A stretch of DNA of 63,365 bases, filler included, from Choristocarpus tenellus KU-1152 (GCA_964200185.2; 11 parts of 11 records of this genome joined end to end with filler, not necessarily neighbours in it), one strand, 5' to 3'. Positions 24,240 through 37,659 are shown, numbered from the whole stretch's first letter. Notes: generated by a model not told the origin, from the sequence alone. Program-made: numbers and translations.

Positions 24240-25700
24240 AACATCACAGCTGTCACTTGAGTACTGTGGGTATGCACCAAAATACACAACAGATGGGGGA
24301 TAAACTCAAATATAAAGAGTGAAATTATCTTAGAGGGTAGAGCCGCGTCCATTTGAGAACCAAAATCCAATGTTGCAATTTTGGTGTTATTTTGACTATC
24401 ATGTTTGTTAGGAGATGTTAATATCCTTGTTCTGGACACTCTTTTTCATAACTTACATATTTTGCCTACTCCGAAACATTTTGGAGTAGATAAGTGTTGT
24501 TAAAAACCCGTGAGAAGCCAAGCCCCAAATGGACAAACAGGGTAAAACTCGTACCCTCTAAGATACTTTCACTCAAACATTTAGAAAAACAAACACAAGG
24601 GAAGACAGTTACAAGGGGTAATGTTCTCTGTCACCGAAATAAGAGCTCCTGATGAAGCCTTCCAACCTTTCCAGTCTCGAACTGACGTCTTCCACCTCTC
24701 GAGATTCGGTTGGGGGAGGAGTTGTGGTCGATACCACAAGTGATCCCTCCTTAGCCCCCCTTCCAGAAGGTCTTCCTGTCCTTTCCCTGGCTCGAACAGT
24801 CAGGGGATATTTGCTCATCTCGTGACTTAACCCTGTGCATCTCATGCATCTTCTACCTTGGCCGCCATCTCCCCCCAGTCTTACAGCCCGATTGAGGTCG
24901 GCGCAGTCGTACTTGGTGTGACCATCTTGGCCACACGTAAAATAGACTACACAGCCCTTTCCTCGACCCTTTCTACCAGCAGTCCATCTTCCCGCACTCA
25001 CAACTAGAGCATGGCAGTTCCCTTCGCCACTTGAAGAACTTGACAAACTCCATGCTGGAAGTCTCTACCTCGACTCCACGTCCACTGCCCAGACTGATCC
25101 CCTACAGATGATGTCGGAGCCATGAAGACCGAGGTCACAGCCATAGACTCTAAGGGTAACTAGGGCTCTCACTGCAAAAGCGAGGAAATTCTCTCCCTAC
25201 TTCCCAGCGAACGTGGGGAGGTTGGAGACCCTGATGGGGTTGCCGGCAGATGTCTTGTACACAATAACTTGCTTACTACTAGCCTCGTCGATCAGCACAA
25301 CGTCTCAGGAACAATGGGTCCGCTGCGTAGCGTGTTGAAATATTCCTCACTGGACCCGCGGCTTTGGTGGTTTAATGGAGGACAAAGAACAGCTTGATGT
25401 AGATGAGCAAAGTTAATATTACAAGGGGTCTTATGGTCTCAGGTCCTCTGACTGTGTGGGTAAGACTATAGCCTAGACTACCATTATTATTTCTATAGTG
25501 TGGGGTCTGTAATCGTCCGCACTAATTTACTCTGAATCACTTATTTTCTCAAGTATAGGAAGTGTATCTTGAACGTGATACAAAAATCAATCAACCCTAT
25601 GAGTCAGTCAGTACATATAATATATCTGTCACTGGCTCTCCATCCAATTATCTAATACACCGATGGTGTCTACGTTTATCAGCAGCACTATCTACGAACA
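24240..25700 (-). mobile_element. Copia-like LTR element: 5' LTR (25700-25333), decayed gag with two zinc knuckles (~25260-24609), no pol visible
   Basis: LTR TG...CA; LPTFAGK*GENFLAF gag start; FTCGQDGHTKYDC and CMRCTGLSHEMSKY knuckle-like motifs; post-gag sequence shared with 51916-52170. Confidence 0.8.
24317..24574 (-). mobile_element. MITE A full copy inserted in an LTR-element internal region
   Basis: Both TIRs present; flanks AAA/AAA. Confidence 0.92.
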
Positions 25701-26062
25701 ATAGGCTATTGTAGTTGTCAACCTCTACTACTACTACTGAGTACTACCTACCATAGGAATACGTTTAAGTGTGCTCTCACATTGGTTCCTCCTCAGCCTA
25801 CTGTACTATTATTGCGCTCAGCTTGTAGTGGTTGTGGACAGAAATATAGGAATCGAATACAGCAGCATGTCTCATGGTTTACCTCCCGACAGAAACAATA
25901 CCTGGTACCATAATTTACCATAATATACTATAATCCGTGGAATGGCTCAGTGCATGCACTATTTCACATGTTTAACCTCATAAACTAAGTAGCCTTTGGT
26001 AGTGCTTGCGTTTACATTTTGTGGAAATTTGCACATTTATGGGATACTCAATCTAGAGTAGT

Positions 26063-26221
26063 GACCCAAAGTATCTGGGAGGGGTGTCCATTGCGGCCCT
26101 GAACAGGAAAAGTGCACTTACATTATCCATCCGATGTATGCAACCAAATCACCCAAAAATCGCGACATGGAAAAATGGGCCCCGAGTGGACAGCCGCCAC
26201 CCCCCCTAGATACGTTGAGTC
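26063..26221. mobile_element. MITE B full copy
   Basis: gacccaaagtatctgggagggg ... cccccctagatacgttgagtc. Confidence 0.88.
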
Positions 26222-27415
26222 ATAGGTAGGTGTAGGCTGCCCGATTTTGCTTGAGATTTTGATGGGCAACCTGTTCGTGTCTGCACGATACACCCATAAA
26301 GTATAAAATAACTTCCTTTTTCATCGGGATTGGAAAATTTATGGTATATTTAATTCCGAACGGAAGAAGTATGAGTTTCTAACCTTGACCAAGCAATTCC
26401 CGTCTAAAGTATCGCGAACTATTCACTAGTTCCAAAACTGTATTTCCTACAGTGAACTTGGAGCTATTGTACAAAGAGCGGGAGTTTGCGTTTAGACCAT
26501 AATTCGGCATATACTGTTCCCCTAGTATCGCCCTATCACCTGATTAGGAAACAATTACGTCTACATTGTATTTTTCCGTTTATAATGTCTCACTGTATTG
26601 TTCATATTTACCTGGTCATCGTCGAAAGAGGAGCACATCTAGAGACCAGTTGGTCGTTCCTCTCTCGGCACCTCACACACACACAGTGTGTGGAATCACA
26701 AATCACTTGAAGATAGACACCACTGTCCCCTACCCCCCAGACACCTCGTGAGATCTAAAATTTGAGAGTTCCTGCCTTTCATTCCCTGGAACCCCATGGA
26801 ATAGCTTAATGGATACCAGATTTCCATGAGAAGAAGTCTCGTATTGAAGGAGTCGAACCTGAGGAATTCATGTAGGTAGGTATCACTTTGTCCACTGAGT
26901 CACGAAATGGGACCTGTACCTGACAAACTGTATTTATCACCTCCCCTGGACACATGGGAGGAGGACGATTTATAGCTAGAATGTGTGTTTTAAGGGTCAG
27001 GGTGCTGGGAGTTGGAGAAGATTGAGTTTGACTCGAATATAGCAAAATTTATTTACTGTCTGACCACTTATTATTATGGAGGGTTGGACGAGCCCAAGGT
27101 TTCGAAGACCCTGAGAAGAGGTACAACAGAAAAGATAAAAAAAAGTGACGGAAAAAAGGCTCAGCTTCTACACAATATATATAGTATAAAGTGGTGGGTT
27201 GGCAACTCAACGAATAGGTTGAAGTTGATTTGTTCCGAAATCAATCTTATGTGACCTGGGTGCCGTAAGGCATAGAGTGTAACACTGAGAGACTAGATGC
27301 AAAGAAGGGATGAGCACTCTAGCCATGAAGGAGGCAGACGGCGACCTTCATCCTGAGCTTTCTTTCCCTTCACGGCTTAGACACTAGGATCTTCTGGGAT
27401 GTGGAGACTTATTCA

Positions 27416-27484
27416 GACCCAGAGCATCTGGGGGGGGGGGGGGGGGACGCCCCCCGCCTGTCCATTTGGGCCAAACTCAGGAAA
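27416..27484. mobile_element. MITE B-like end at contig break
   Basis: gacccagagcatctggggggg...tgtccatttggg. Confidence 0.7.
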
Positions 27485-27584
27485 NNNNNNNNNNNNNNNN
27501 NNNNNNNNNNNNNNNNNNNNNNNNNNNNTTAATTAATTAANNNNNNNNNNNNNNNNNNNNNNNNNNNNNNNNNNNNNNNNNNNN

Positions 27585-27616
<32 letters not shown>

Positions 27617-27996
27617 AAAAAAAAAAATCAACGCCCCTTGGGAGGGGGAGAATTTTGGGGGGGGGGGGGGGGGGTGAGGGGAAAGGGAGGTGCAAGAGAA
27701 CGAATGCCCTCACACTCTCCTTTACATAGAGCATTGATACACACTATACACTTCTCGGTTGGGATAGAAGCAATGCTAGAAGTGATCCTTTGGGATAGAA
27801 GCAAAAGATGAAGTCAACACAGCCATCAAACTCCCCAGAATCAGCAATATTTCGGAAAAAAATGTTCAAGCGCCTTCTCGGATACGAACTCCTCCCCCTG
27901 TTACCATGCCAACGCCCTAGTAGCGCAGCTCGTTGTGTTGCTCCTCAGATCCTACTCCCCAATATTATGTTCTATTATTACCCTCTCCCTTGGCAG

Positions 27997-28070
27997 GCGT
28001 GTGGATACAGTGATGTGTACTACCCCCATGGCCCATACTGCTACAAGGGCTGCTGCCCAGACGGCATCAC
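27997..28070 (+). CDS. Putative isolated Cys/Tyr-rich exon (ACGYSDVYYPHGPYCYKGCCPDGIT)
   Basis: Pyrimidine tract plus CAG acceptor and GTAAGA donor flank an open frame. Confidence 0.5.
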
Positions 28071-28211
28071 GTAAGACTCACCCACCATGTCGTCCACCTC
28101 TGCCTTTCACACACGTGCAGATAGCATTAAAAATAAATAAATATATATATATATACATTCTTGCTACACTTCTCTTGTGGGTGTTATGGGCTCTGCCCTT
28201 CAGCAGCTGCC

Positions 28212-28477
28212 GAGCCAAAGCGTCTTAGAGGGGGTAGAGGCGCGTCCGTCCATTTGGGAGCCAAAATTCAATGTTCCGATTTTGATGTAATTCTGGTTAT
28301 CGTGTTTGTTAGGAAGTGTCAACATCTATCATGTTCCGGACACACCTTTTCATAACGTATAAATTTTAACTACTCCGAAACATTTCGGAGTACGAAAATT
28401 TCATAAAAAAAAATGGGAAGCCAGGCCCCAAATGGACAAACAGGGCAAAACTCGTACCCTCTAAGATACTCTCACTC
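28212..28477 (-). mobile_element. MITE A full copy, perfect 4-bp TSD TGCC
   Basis: tgcc|gagccaaag ... ctctcactc|tgcc. Confidence 0.93.
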
Positions 28478-28842
28478 TGCCGCCAAGTAGTTGCCAGTCC
28501 TAGGGTGTGGTACAGCGAGTGGTTTCATCCTCTACAGCCATTTCTTTTTTTATTTATAGGATGTTTTTATGTTGGGGCGTTTTTTTTTTTTCCTTTTATT
28601 TCTGTCGGGCGTCCTTCACCTAGAATCTCTTTTCTTTAATGTTTACTCTGCTTTATTATTGTTATTATTATTTTTTTGATATTATTATTATTATTGTTGT
28701 TGTTGCTATCAATCACACCATACTGTTGTAGGCAGCTGTTGTGCTGATCAGATGGAGATGTGTTCTGTGTATGTTAGGATATGGAGAAAATGTTGTTGTC
28801 TCCTGCTTCTAGTTCTTGGGTGCTTGGGTTTGGGTTTGGAAT

Positions 28843-29100
28843 GAGCCAAAGTATCTTAGAGGGTAGAGCCGCGTCCATTTGGGGGCCAAAATCCAATGTT
28901 GCGATTTCAATGTAATTTTGGCTATCGTGTTTGTTAGGGAGTGCCAACATCCTTGTTCTGGACACACCTTTTCATAACATATACATTTTACCTGCTCTGA
29001 ATTTTTTTCGAATGGGAAAATATCATACGAACCCCAATGGAAACCAAGCCCCAAATGGACAAACAGGGAAAAATTCGCACCCTCTAAGATATTTTCACTC
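28843..29100 (-). mobile_element. MITE A full copy, 3-bp TSD AAT
   Basis: aat|gagccaaagtatc ... attttcactc|aat. Confidence 0.93.
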
Positions 29101-30837
29101 AATATCTCCTGTTTGTGCTGGTTCAGCTTATTTTATATGTAACACCCAAGAACCATGAGGGTGCAGGCAGTGTTGGACACTTTTTTGGCCTCCTGCCACA
29201 AGCAAATTCCCAGTCCTAACTTCCTTAAGCTGTGCCTGTGAGTAATTGCATTGAGGTTCAAGATCATCCTTTGGCGCCCTAGTCCCCATTTGTTCATGTC
29301 CACTTCTATGCAGTGTTGTTTTTTGATTTCTGTGTTGTGTTATTTTCTGGGTTAGATTTAACAATAGTTTGTTGTCAGCGAACCTTTATAATGCTTCCAG
29401 AGGCACTATGAGTGACACCTTTGTGAAGCAAAAATGCTTGAAGATTGTGGGCCTCAAAGAGGAGAAGGCATGGACTAAGGAACCTCATATATAGATAGAT
29501 AGCACAGAAGCCTTTTTTGTTCTACTAGTTGTACAGGAAGCGAGATCTAATCTAGCCTTATTCTGAGGTGAGATCATAGCCAGGGCTTCGTTGTCGTCTG
29601 GCCACCATCTCTGTGCATCAGGTGGAGTCTTAGGATGTTTGCTGCGAATTTTCACTTTGTCGCTGCCCTTTGATGAACAAAGTTGAATGAGAGAACTCCA
29701 TTTGTTGTAGGTTTGTGGACGGTTTACTCATGTGGATAGTGAACAAAGCTAAGCAGGTTGTCATTCCCGGTGCGTTCCTCCGCAGGTGCAAGTCAGTTGT
29801 GGATGATTGCACGACCTCAGCCGTTGATGGTTTCACTTCTGACCTAGTCCCGGTGGCCCTGGATGGAGTAACCGAAGAATATGATGCAGAATACATTTCC
29901 GGGACTGATACGGACTCTCTCGATAGCGTGTTGAATTGCGCCCTCCTCTATGGTGAAGGTAAGAATAGTGGAATGGGATTTGGTGGTGTCAGGGAGGCGG
30001 GGGCGGGGGTAGGCAGGAAGGGATTGGTGGTTACGTTCACCATTCTGCTCGCAATGTGTGTTTGATTGTTGTAGCAACATCGGTTTTGATCTTCACCCTT
30101 TCACGTTCTGTACATTTATCTGTTTGTATGTACAAACGAGGAATGTTCTTCTGAACTTGAGGAACGTTCTGTACATTTATTTATTTATAGCGTTAAGTAT
30201 TTGTTCGAGCGAGACACGCTCTTGTTAGGCACTTCGTCCTGGAGTACAAGAGCATGTGATGATCGCTTGGGTAATTTACTTTTCCACCGTTTCAGGAGAT
30301 CACTCAACTACACGCCACAATTGTGCCATTGGGCATCCATCTTTCCCCTCCTCGCTGATTTTGCGCCAATGTCCGGTTCTCCGTACAGCCACCTCGAGCA
30401 CGAGCCACACAGCCGACCACCGAGCAGGGGCAGTTTTGTCCGCAATTTTTGGAGTATCCATGGCTATTTTCCTACAAGTTGTGCAGATTTGATAGAGGAT
30501 AACTACGTCAACCAACGCCTTGATGCGCGTTAAACCCCCGTGACTGAGAGGGACTACGGGTCTGTCGTTTTTTTGTTGAAATCGAGACTCTGCCAATGGG
30601 TTTCGCGTTTTGGTAGATATGCAGATCAGACAGAGTTTTGTATTATTTGTGGAACATGATGATATTAACTTCTTGTCCGTCTGTTTTCCTCGTGGAAGGA
30701 ACTATTTTCTTTTTCTAGGTATTAGTATTTTGTTGGGTTCTACTCGGAGTGTGCAAAAACAAAAAAATACACCGGTCTTTTTTTCTGTATCTTTCTGTAT
30801 CTTTCTGTATGTAGCTAGCAAGATAAGTTCCTACTTT

Positions 30838-31015
30838 TGTTGAAGTATCTGGGGGGGAGGTGGCTGTCCATTTGGGGTCAATGTTTTCATGTCGCGATTT
30901 CTGGGCAATTTGGTCGCAAATATCGGATGGATAATGTAAATACACATTTCCTTATTTTGGTTTTGGTCCAAGTGGATACCCTGGTGTAGACCCCCCCCCC
31001 CAGATACTCAGGGTC
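30838..31015. mobile_element. MITE B copy
   Basis: aagtatctggggggg...cccccagatactcagggtc; homologous to 23812 and 26063. Confidence 0.85.
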
Positions 31016-32399
31016 TTAATTTTCCCTATTTGTTACAAGAGAGTTTCAAGACTCTCAGGACCCAACACTGGTCTTACAAAGTAAGTAGGGGCATTTTTTC
31101 ACCTGTCGAAATACATTTCTTGAGGAAGTAAATATACATGTTGTTACTTGTGGGTGCAGCAGTGCAGTGTGAGGATTGCTCTAAACATGCAATGTAACCT
31201 GTTCCTTGTTTTATAATAGAAGCATGAACAACAACAAAGCAAGTCAGCAGGACGACCTTAACCTGCATTGTTAGGTAAGTTGCATGCCTGTCAAAGTATT
31301 CGTGCATTGACGGATGGATCATCTACCTAGCACAATAGTGAAGAGAGTAGTGATCTGGATATCTGAAGAACAACAAAACAAACCACTTTTCTGATATTAT
31401 GTGATGTGCAGAGAGAAGCTTGCCAGGTCAAGCATTGTGCCAGAGGTGGTTGTGAGGAAAGCTAAGTATCTTGCTGGTTGCTTGTATGGAACAGGAGTAC
31501 CAAATTTGTGCATGGAAATGGCACAATCATATTGCGCCACAGTCGCAGAAGATCTAATCGAATGCATCTGATGCACAATATACCTGAAACAATCAACAAG
31601 ACACTACCCCTGTACACTGAATTGGCAAAGTTTAGATAACTTGTGCCATCAATAGAAGTGATAGTGATGATTGGAACTAGGGAATGGTGCGGATGACCGT
31701 GAGTAAGGCAATATTCTGTTTAGCTTTGTGATATACATAGGTCCTCTCGTCAGAATTTTCGCACAACCTACTCTTTTAGGACTTACTTTATGTGCCTGGA
31801 GAAGTAAGTGCAATGCACACCTCTTTTATGTCTTACATGCCCAAACCTTTTTTATACGTATGACTTTTAGCGGCTTTTGACACAAAAAAAAAATCTTTTA
31901 CTACTTTCTTTGAAAAATACTTCCTCTCTTCGGAACTAAATGTAACGTAACTTTTGCAAGCTCCGTCCTTGCCTGGGAGCGACCCATGTCATTAACCCTT
32001 TCCACAAGGCTTGGTTCTCTTATATATTGGGAGGGGGAGGCTTGCAAAAGTCTGAGATGGAGGGAAGTCATGACTGTGGAGGATTACCAGTTCCAAGTCG
32101 ATCATGGTACAAAACCTCGTGAAACTGTCAAAGCGGGTGTTTATTGGGATGCATAGGATAAAGGTTTCCTGTCGTTTGAGCGGCTCGCTCATCCCATCAT
32201 CGTCTGTCAGTCCCAATTCTTCGACCCAGAGGTCTTTCCAGGGTCCAGACTCAAACATCCTGATGAAGAACAGTGTAGTGGCACCATGCCTGGAGGTGAG
32301 AGGGCGCGAGGCTCGGATGAGTTGAGGGATGGCAGCAAGCACCGCGGAGGATTTTGTAATTTCCCAAATCAACGTGTTCCATCATCTAAAGGAGTATGA

Positions 32400-32837
32400 C
32401 AGCCAGATCGCATGGGGTGAATGCATGGACCTTGGACGACATCACAAGGGGCGATGTGACTGCCGTACAATTATCCGACGGTTGGGATGTCCCATCGGTA
32501 CACCACACATCCTTCTGCAAATAGGCGGCCAAAGTTGGGGTCTCCCTTGCCTCGTTGTGGGATTTGTACAAGCGCAAGAAGGTGAAGAAGGTCAAGAGGC
32601 GGATTAAGTCAGTTCTCTTAGATCAACAGAAAGTCAATATAGGGTGGGTTTCGTCATCAGCCACACGCACAGGAGGAAGGGATGTGGGATGTTAGTGGAT
32701 GATCTATATGACGGTTTTACACCCTCAAAAGATGGGCAAGGTGTATACCTGCACCCCACTGAGGACCCCCCAACCCCCCACAGACACAGAATAAGCGTCA
32801 CATCATGAAGGTGATGTTCCTTGCGGGTGTGGTCCCC
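32400..32837 (+). pseudogene. DD39D mariner transposase N-terminal fragment (cut by contig end)
   Basis: VKRRIKSVL..QQKV and QNKRHIMKVMFLAGV, typical of Soymar/Osmar-type mariners. Confidence 0.75.
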
Positions 32838-33482
32838 NNNNNNNNNNNNNNNNNNNNNNNNNNNNNNNNNNNNNNNNNNNNTTAATTAATTAANNNNNNN
32901 NNNNNNNNNNNNNNNNNNNNNNNNNNNNNNNNNNNNNGTTGCTTGACCGAAACGGACACCCCCTCACAAATCACCCCCCCCCCAAGATACTTTGACCCCA
33001 ATATGAGTGGGTAATGTTGTAGGCGGAAATAAAGTTTATGTATCAATAGTGTATACACATATACACATAAGGATTGAGCATGTTTGGGCATTGCTGTGCC
33101 ACAGAGACTGCTAACGATCATGACATAGCCAGTGCACCTTGTACTTTGAATACATGCCATAGCTTCTGGTGTTGCAAGTTTGGATTCCTAAGTTAGCAGA
33201 AGTTGCAGCAAGAGCACCCTTTATCATGGACAATGCGTTAAGCAACTCGAATCGTTGTTGTCCAGCTCACTCTCGTAAGATGGGTGTCCATGAGCAAGCC
33301 CCACAATATTCTTGTCCAACTATTCCTCGTCCTCTTGGTTATGGTTAGTCTTGATCCATCTTGTCCATCTGGCCTGGTGATTTTCTTCACAACCCCTTCT
33401 TTGAATGAACCACACACATACTGAATCATATATTTGATATATAAAGGTCTTGGAGTATTTTATCGTTTTATGTCCTCTAAAC

Positions 33483-33738
33483 GGGTCAAAGCATTTAAGA
33501 GGGTAGGGAAGCGTCTGTTTGGGATCATAAATCCAATTGTTACGATTTTGAATAATTTTGGCTATCGTACTTCTTAGCAAGTGTCAATATCCTTGCTCCA
33601 GACACACCTTTCATAGTCAAATACTTTAGGTAACTGTGTTCACACTGAAAACCGAAAAGGGGCATAAAAAACCCATGGGAAGTCAACCCTCAATCGGACA
33701 ATCAGGTCAAAACTCCTCTCTCTTAAGTGTTTTGGGTC
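33483..33738 (-). mobile_element. Diverged MITE A copy
   Basis: Degenerate TIRs and internal homology; flanks AAC/AAC. Confidence 0.75.
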
Positions 33739-34419
33739 AACGTTTGCAAATGATGTTATCACTTGGGTGAGATCAGTACACTATGCACTTAATGCCTTCG
33801 TATATTGACCTGATTTTGTCTCGTGTAGTGTGCCTTTGCATTGCAAAACAATTGATGTTAATCCAACTTGTAAAGCATAACTAATATTCACATTCTGTTA
33901 GTTGTCGCGTATTTGAGTTAATCTTATATGAAGGAAGATTCAGATAAATTTGTACGAAATCTGCTTGGATTTTTTTACAGGCTTAGATTATTGTTGTAAT
34001 GACTGCATGACAAGAACACAAAGGAGGAGCCGATAAAAATACTGTAGGGTTATGGTTATGGTTAGGCTTAGATTTGGTTACTTAGGCTCGGCATAGTTGA
34101 GGACAACCACATGTCAATTATTGGTAGAAAAAATATGCTCAGAAGATCATAAATATGTCTTGTTCCACCCAGATTAAGAGGCACCCATACACCCATAAAC
34201 CCAATATAGGTATATTCATGACCAATCTGTGCACCGCAAAGGCACTATAACCCACACTGAATTTAAGTCTTAGGCGAATGCATGGAGTTATAGCATCTAA
34301 TATAGCTGCCTTGGTGAGATGAGGAAGAACAACACACGTAAGAGTACAGTGGACATCATCAATGGACAATGGACAATAAACAATGGAATCTGGATTGCTT
34401 GTAAGAAATACCTCTGTGC

Positions 34420-34960
34420 CTGTACGGTGGGTTGTTGTATTATACTGTTCACTCGAAGGCAGTGATGCAGCATAGCTGGTAGTAAAACAGTAAATAAATA
34501 AATGTCTTTCACATTTATGACAAGTGTTACTTACTTCTTTAGGGTTTTTTATGACACATGAATAGTTTTCATTGTTTTTTCCCCTGAGACATGTGGAAAA
34601 TGTCAGAAAGCATAATAATAAAATACTGTGCACTATGTAGAATATGTTATTTTCAGTCAAGAAATAGATATGGTATAAACTTACCTGTACTGTCAAGAAC
34701 TGAACGAAGAAGGTTGAGCGAAGAATATCAGGAGTCGGTCAGGTCCTCCAGGTCCATATCTCCACCTTGAAGTGTGAGACGGGTCTTCACGGAAGTACTG
34801 GTGATGGTACTGACACAATCTGCTGCAGGTGTAATGTTACCACTCTCTTCCGAGTCCCCCTACCCCTCTATTACCCCTTAAGTGAGTGGCTACCCTTTGA
34901 TAGAAGTTGATCTGCCTTTCCACCACAAAGGTGTTAATGTTAAAACTACGAGGGTCAACA
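34420..34960. mobile_element. CRE-like LINE pieces: 3' UTR on + (34420-34625) and RLE C-terminal fragment on - (~34740-34960)
   Basis: Homology to 37150-37335 and to the HFEGSFDLRS region. Confidence 0.6.
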
Positions 34961-36274
34961 GATCCCCGGCAATGATTGACTTTTTGGGTCTCACCTTCTA
35001 TACCAGAGACATTGTTGGTAAATAATTAAGGCTAATCACGGTATTATTGATTACCACGGTGATGAATACGGTATTTTTGAATTGATCTTGCCGTACCGTA
35101 GGATGTGGCCACGATTATTCGCCACTGTACTGCACTGCGGAAATTCCTGAAATACTGTGGAAAATCTAGGAGAAAAGGTATCATACCGTCCAAAAACAGG
35201 TCTTACTGTACAAATACCGTACAGTATTGTTCAAATTGATACTGTACATGGTGTAGTACCGTTCTACTTGTTTGTTAATATATGAGACATCCGAAATTTT
35301 ATGTATGGGCACATGGACCATAAACACTTTCTAGGCGCTGAACTGTGAAAATACTAAGTAATACACGCTTCCAAAACAAGTCAACGACTTCCAGAGTACA
35401 TTAACGTAATTTGCCCGTATAGCCCCTTGAAGTATATTATTTTCTTCACATTCGTCTGTTGGTCTGAGGAGTTCAAGATCCCTGACTTATGACATTGTTG
35501 TGTGATTGAATGTAGATGATGACACCTCAATTGGTAGGATATCCTATTTTTCCTTTTTTGGGATTGAGTAATAGGGGGAAAAGCGAAGAGTCAAGGGTTG
35601 AGCAAAGAGGGACCAACGGCGAAGAGGTAGAGGTTGGCTCTTTGTCCAAGGATGATACCACCTGTGGGTGATCGCGTGGATATTGAGGGAGCAAGAGTCT
35701 TTTCTGAATTTTGCAGCAAGGCAGCAGGGTCAGAGAAGCCTACTTTGACAACTTCTCAACTTTGATTTGAGGGGGAGTGAGGTGACGGTGAACAGGAGTT
35801 ATTGAGGTCACCAAGGGGGGGAAGTCTGCAAGAAGATTGATGGTGTTTTCGAATTTCTTTCACAAGCTCATCCCCGCCAAGGGAACCACGAAGAACACAA
35901 GGTGTGCTGTTTTGGGTCGTCAAGAATGACAGATGAATGGAGTACAAGCATCCCTTCAGTCACACCCTGTCCTCCAAGGACAGCACATCTGGACTCATCG
36001 CCCACCCATTCCAGTTCCATAGTCAGAAGGAACACAAGGAGTTATTTGAAACTACTAGGATACAGTTGACAAAGGGCAAGGCGTCCATGGCATCAATTGT
36101 TGGCGAGAGGTGTAGTGGTGAGAGTAGTTGCTACTCAAGCAGACCGTGCTCCTTGCGTGACAATTCGCATTTGCTGGATAGTGGTTGTGTTGACAGTTGA
36201 AGGCTCGTCTCATCTGACAAATTAACCAATTGACCATCCCGCTGTCATATTCCCACTCAACAGCAGCGAGTGTG

Positions 36275-36316
36275 GAGTGAAAGTATCTTACTCTACCTTC
36301 AAAGATACTTTGACTC
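36275..36316. mobile_element. Minimal 42-bp MITE A (two fused TIR remnants only)
   Basis: tgtg|gagtgaaagtatcttactctaccttcaaagatactttgactc|tggg. Confidence 0.85.
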
Positions 36317-36984
36317 TGGGTTGTCAACACGTACTGTTTCCTTGAGGAGAGAGTGCTTGCCTGCTGTGCAATATCAGAGTTACATAGACTGCGACCTGGT
36401 GCGTGATTTAGAAACATAATCGAAGAACTACAATTTACCATCATTGATACCTACTGCCCCACCAGCAACAACAATGGGGGTTTCTCATCTCCTATGCTGC
36501 ACATGAACACACGTTCAAACTTGAACTGACACTCAAAATAAATATATATAATTTCATACTAATATCATGAGCGAACAACACTACTCTTATTACAGTCCAA
36601 GACTCCAGAACGTCAAGATTTAATCTGGTGGTGGCGTATGTTGACATCATTAGGGACCGTCAGCCAGCAAATCATGAGATGGGGTTCCCAGGGTGTGATT
36701 TGTAGTAGAAACCTTTACTACTGTGGAAGACCGTGGAACAACTGTACCGTCCGTACCGTACAATCCAAATATTTTATTGGCATTCCCTCTAACATTTTGG
36801 AGATGTGACAGCGGAAAACCAATGAAAACCACTAAAATGTCAGAACAACCCCTAAAAAAGCAACAGTTGTTGTAAATGTAAAAGACACCCAAATATCAAA
36901 ATACCGTGGAATACCATGGAAATACCCCACCAAACCGTGTTTACAATAAAATGTCGTTTACCTTCCTAGCTTACAATTTGTCTA

Positions 36985-37335
36985 AACACCGTCTACGACA
37001 GATAGTATCTGTCACAACGCAAATGGCTCTATCTGGACGTGTCATGTTTTTTAAGCTGGAGACACCAGGGAGATGGGCAGGGAGGGGCTTGAGAGATTCT
37101 TGGGATGCTTCCCTAGCTCTTCACCCTAAAATGCAGGACTAAGCTAGGTTGGAGGCACAGGAGGCCAAGCGCAGTGGTGTAGCATAGCTGTTAGTAAAAC
37201 AGTAAATAGATATAGAAGAATATATTTTATATTTACGACAACTGTTATTTTTTTAGGGTTCTCTGACACTTTAATGGTTTTTCATTCGTTTTTCCCCTGA
37301 TACATCTGGAAAATGTCTGAGGGCATAATAATAGA
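36985..37335 (+). mobile_element. 5'-truncated CRE-like LINE (ORF end plus 3' UTR)
   Basis: RLRQIVSVTTQMALSGRV followed by the family 3' UTR ending in ATAATAATA. Confidence 0.8.
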
Positions 37336-37659
37336 AACGTCTAACCATAGACCCTACCTTAACCCGGTTTTCACAAAATTTTCACTACCATTCCAGCGTG
37401 CAAAAACGATATGATCTTGACGTTCGTTAGAAATTAGGACTGTCAGAGATGACACTGAACTTGGACCTCGGCAAATCTGCACATCCACGAGGAGGCCCCT
37501 ATCTTGGTGGAGTGCAGTGGCCGTATTGGATATTTATTGTGTGGAACATCACACCCATGGGTATTTAAAAAAATCAAGTTCTGGTATAAGTTTCGGTCTA
37601 CAGAGTAGTGCTATTGTTTGTTGTGTTCTCCTGTACTTCATCATGTTGGTTTTTGTTCC

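Noticed and set aside
31300-31700. Possible Harbinger transposase remnant
   Set aside because: The motif match is too degenerate to support
35030-36940. ACCGT/TACCG-rich patches at 35030-35260 and 36700-36940
   Set aside because: Probably decayed repeat fragments, but ends and TSDs could not be defined
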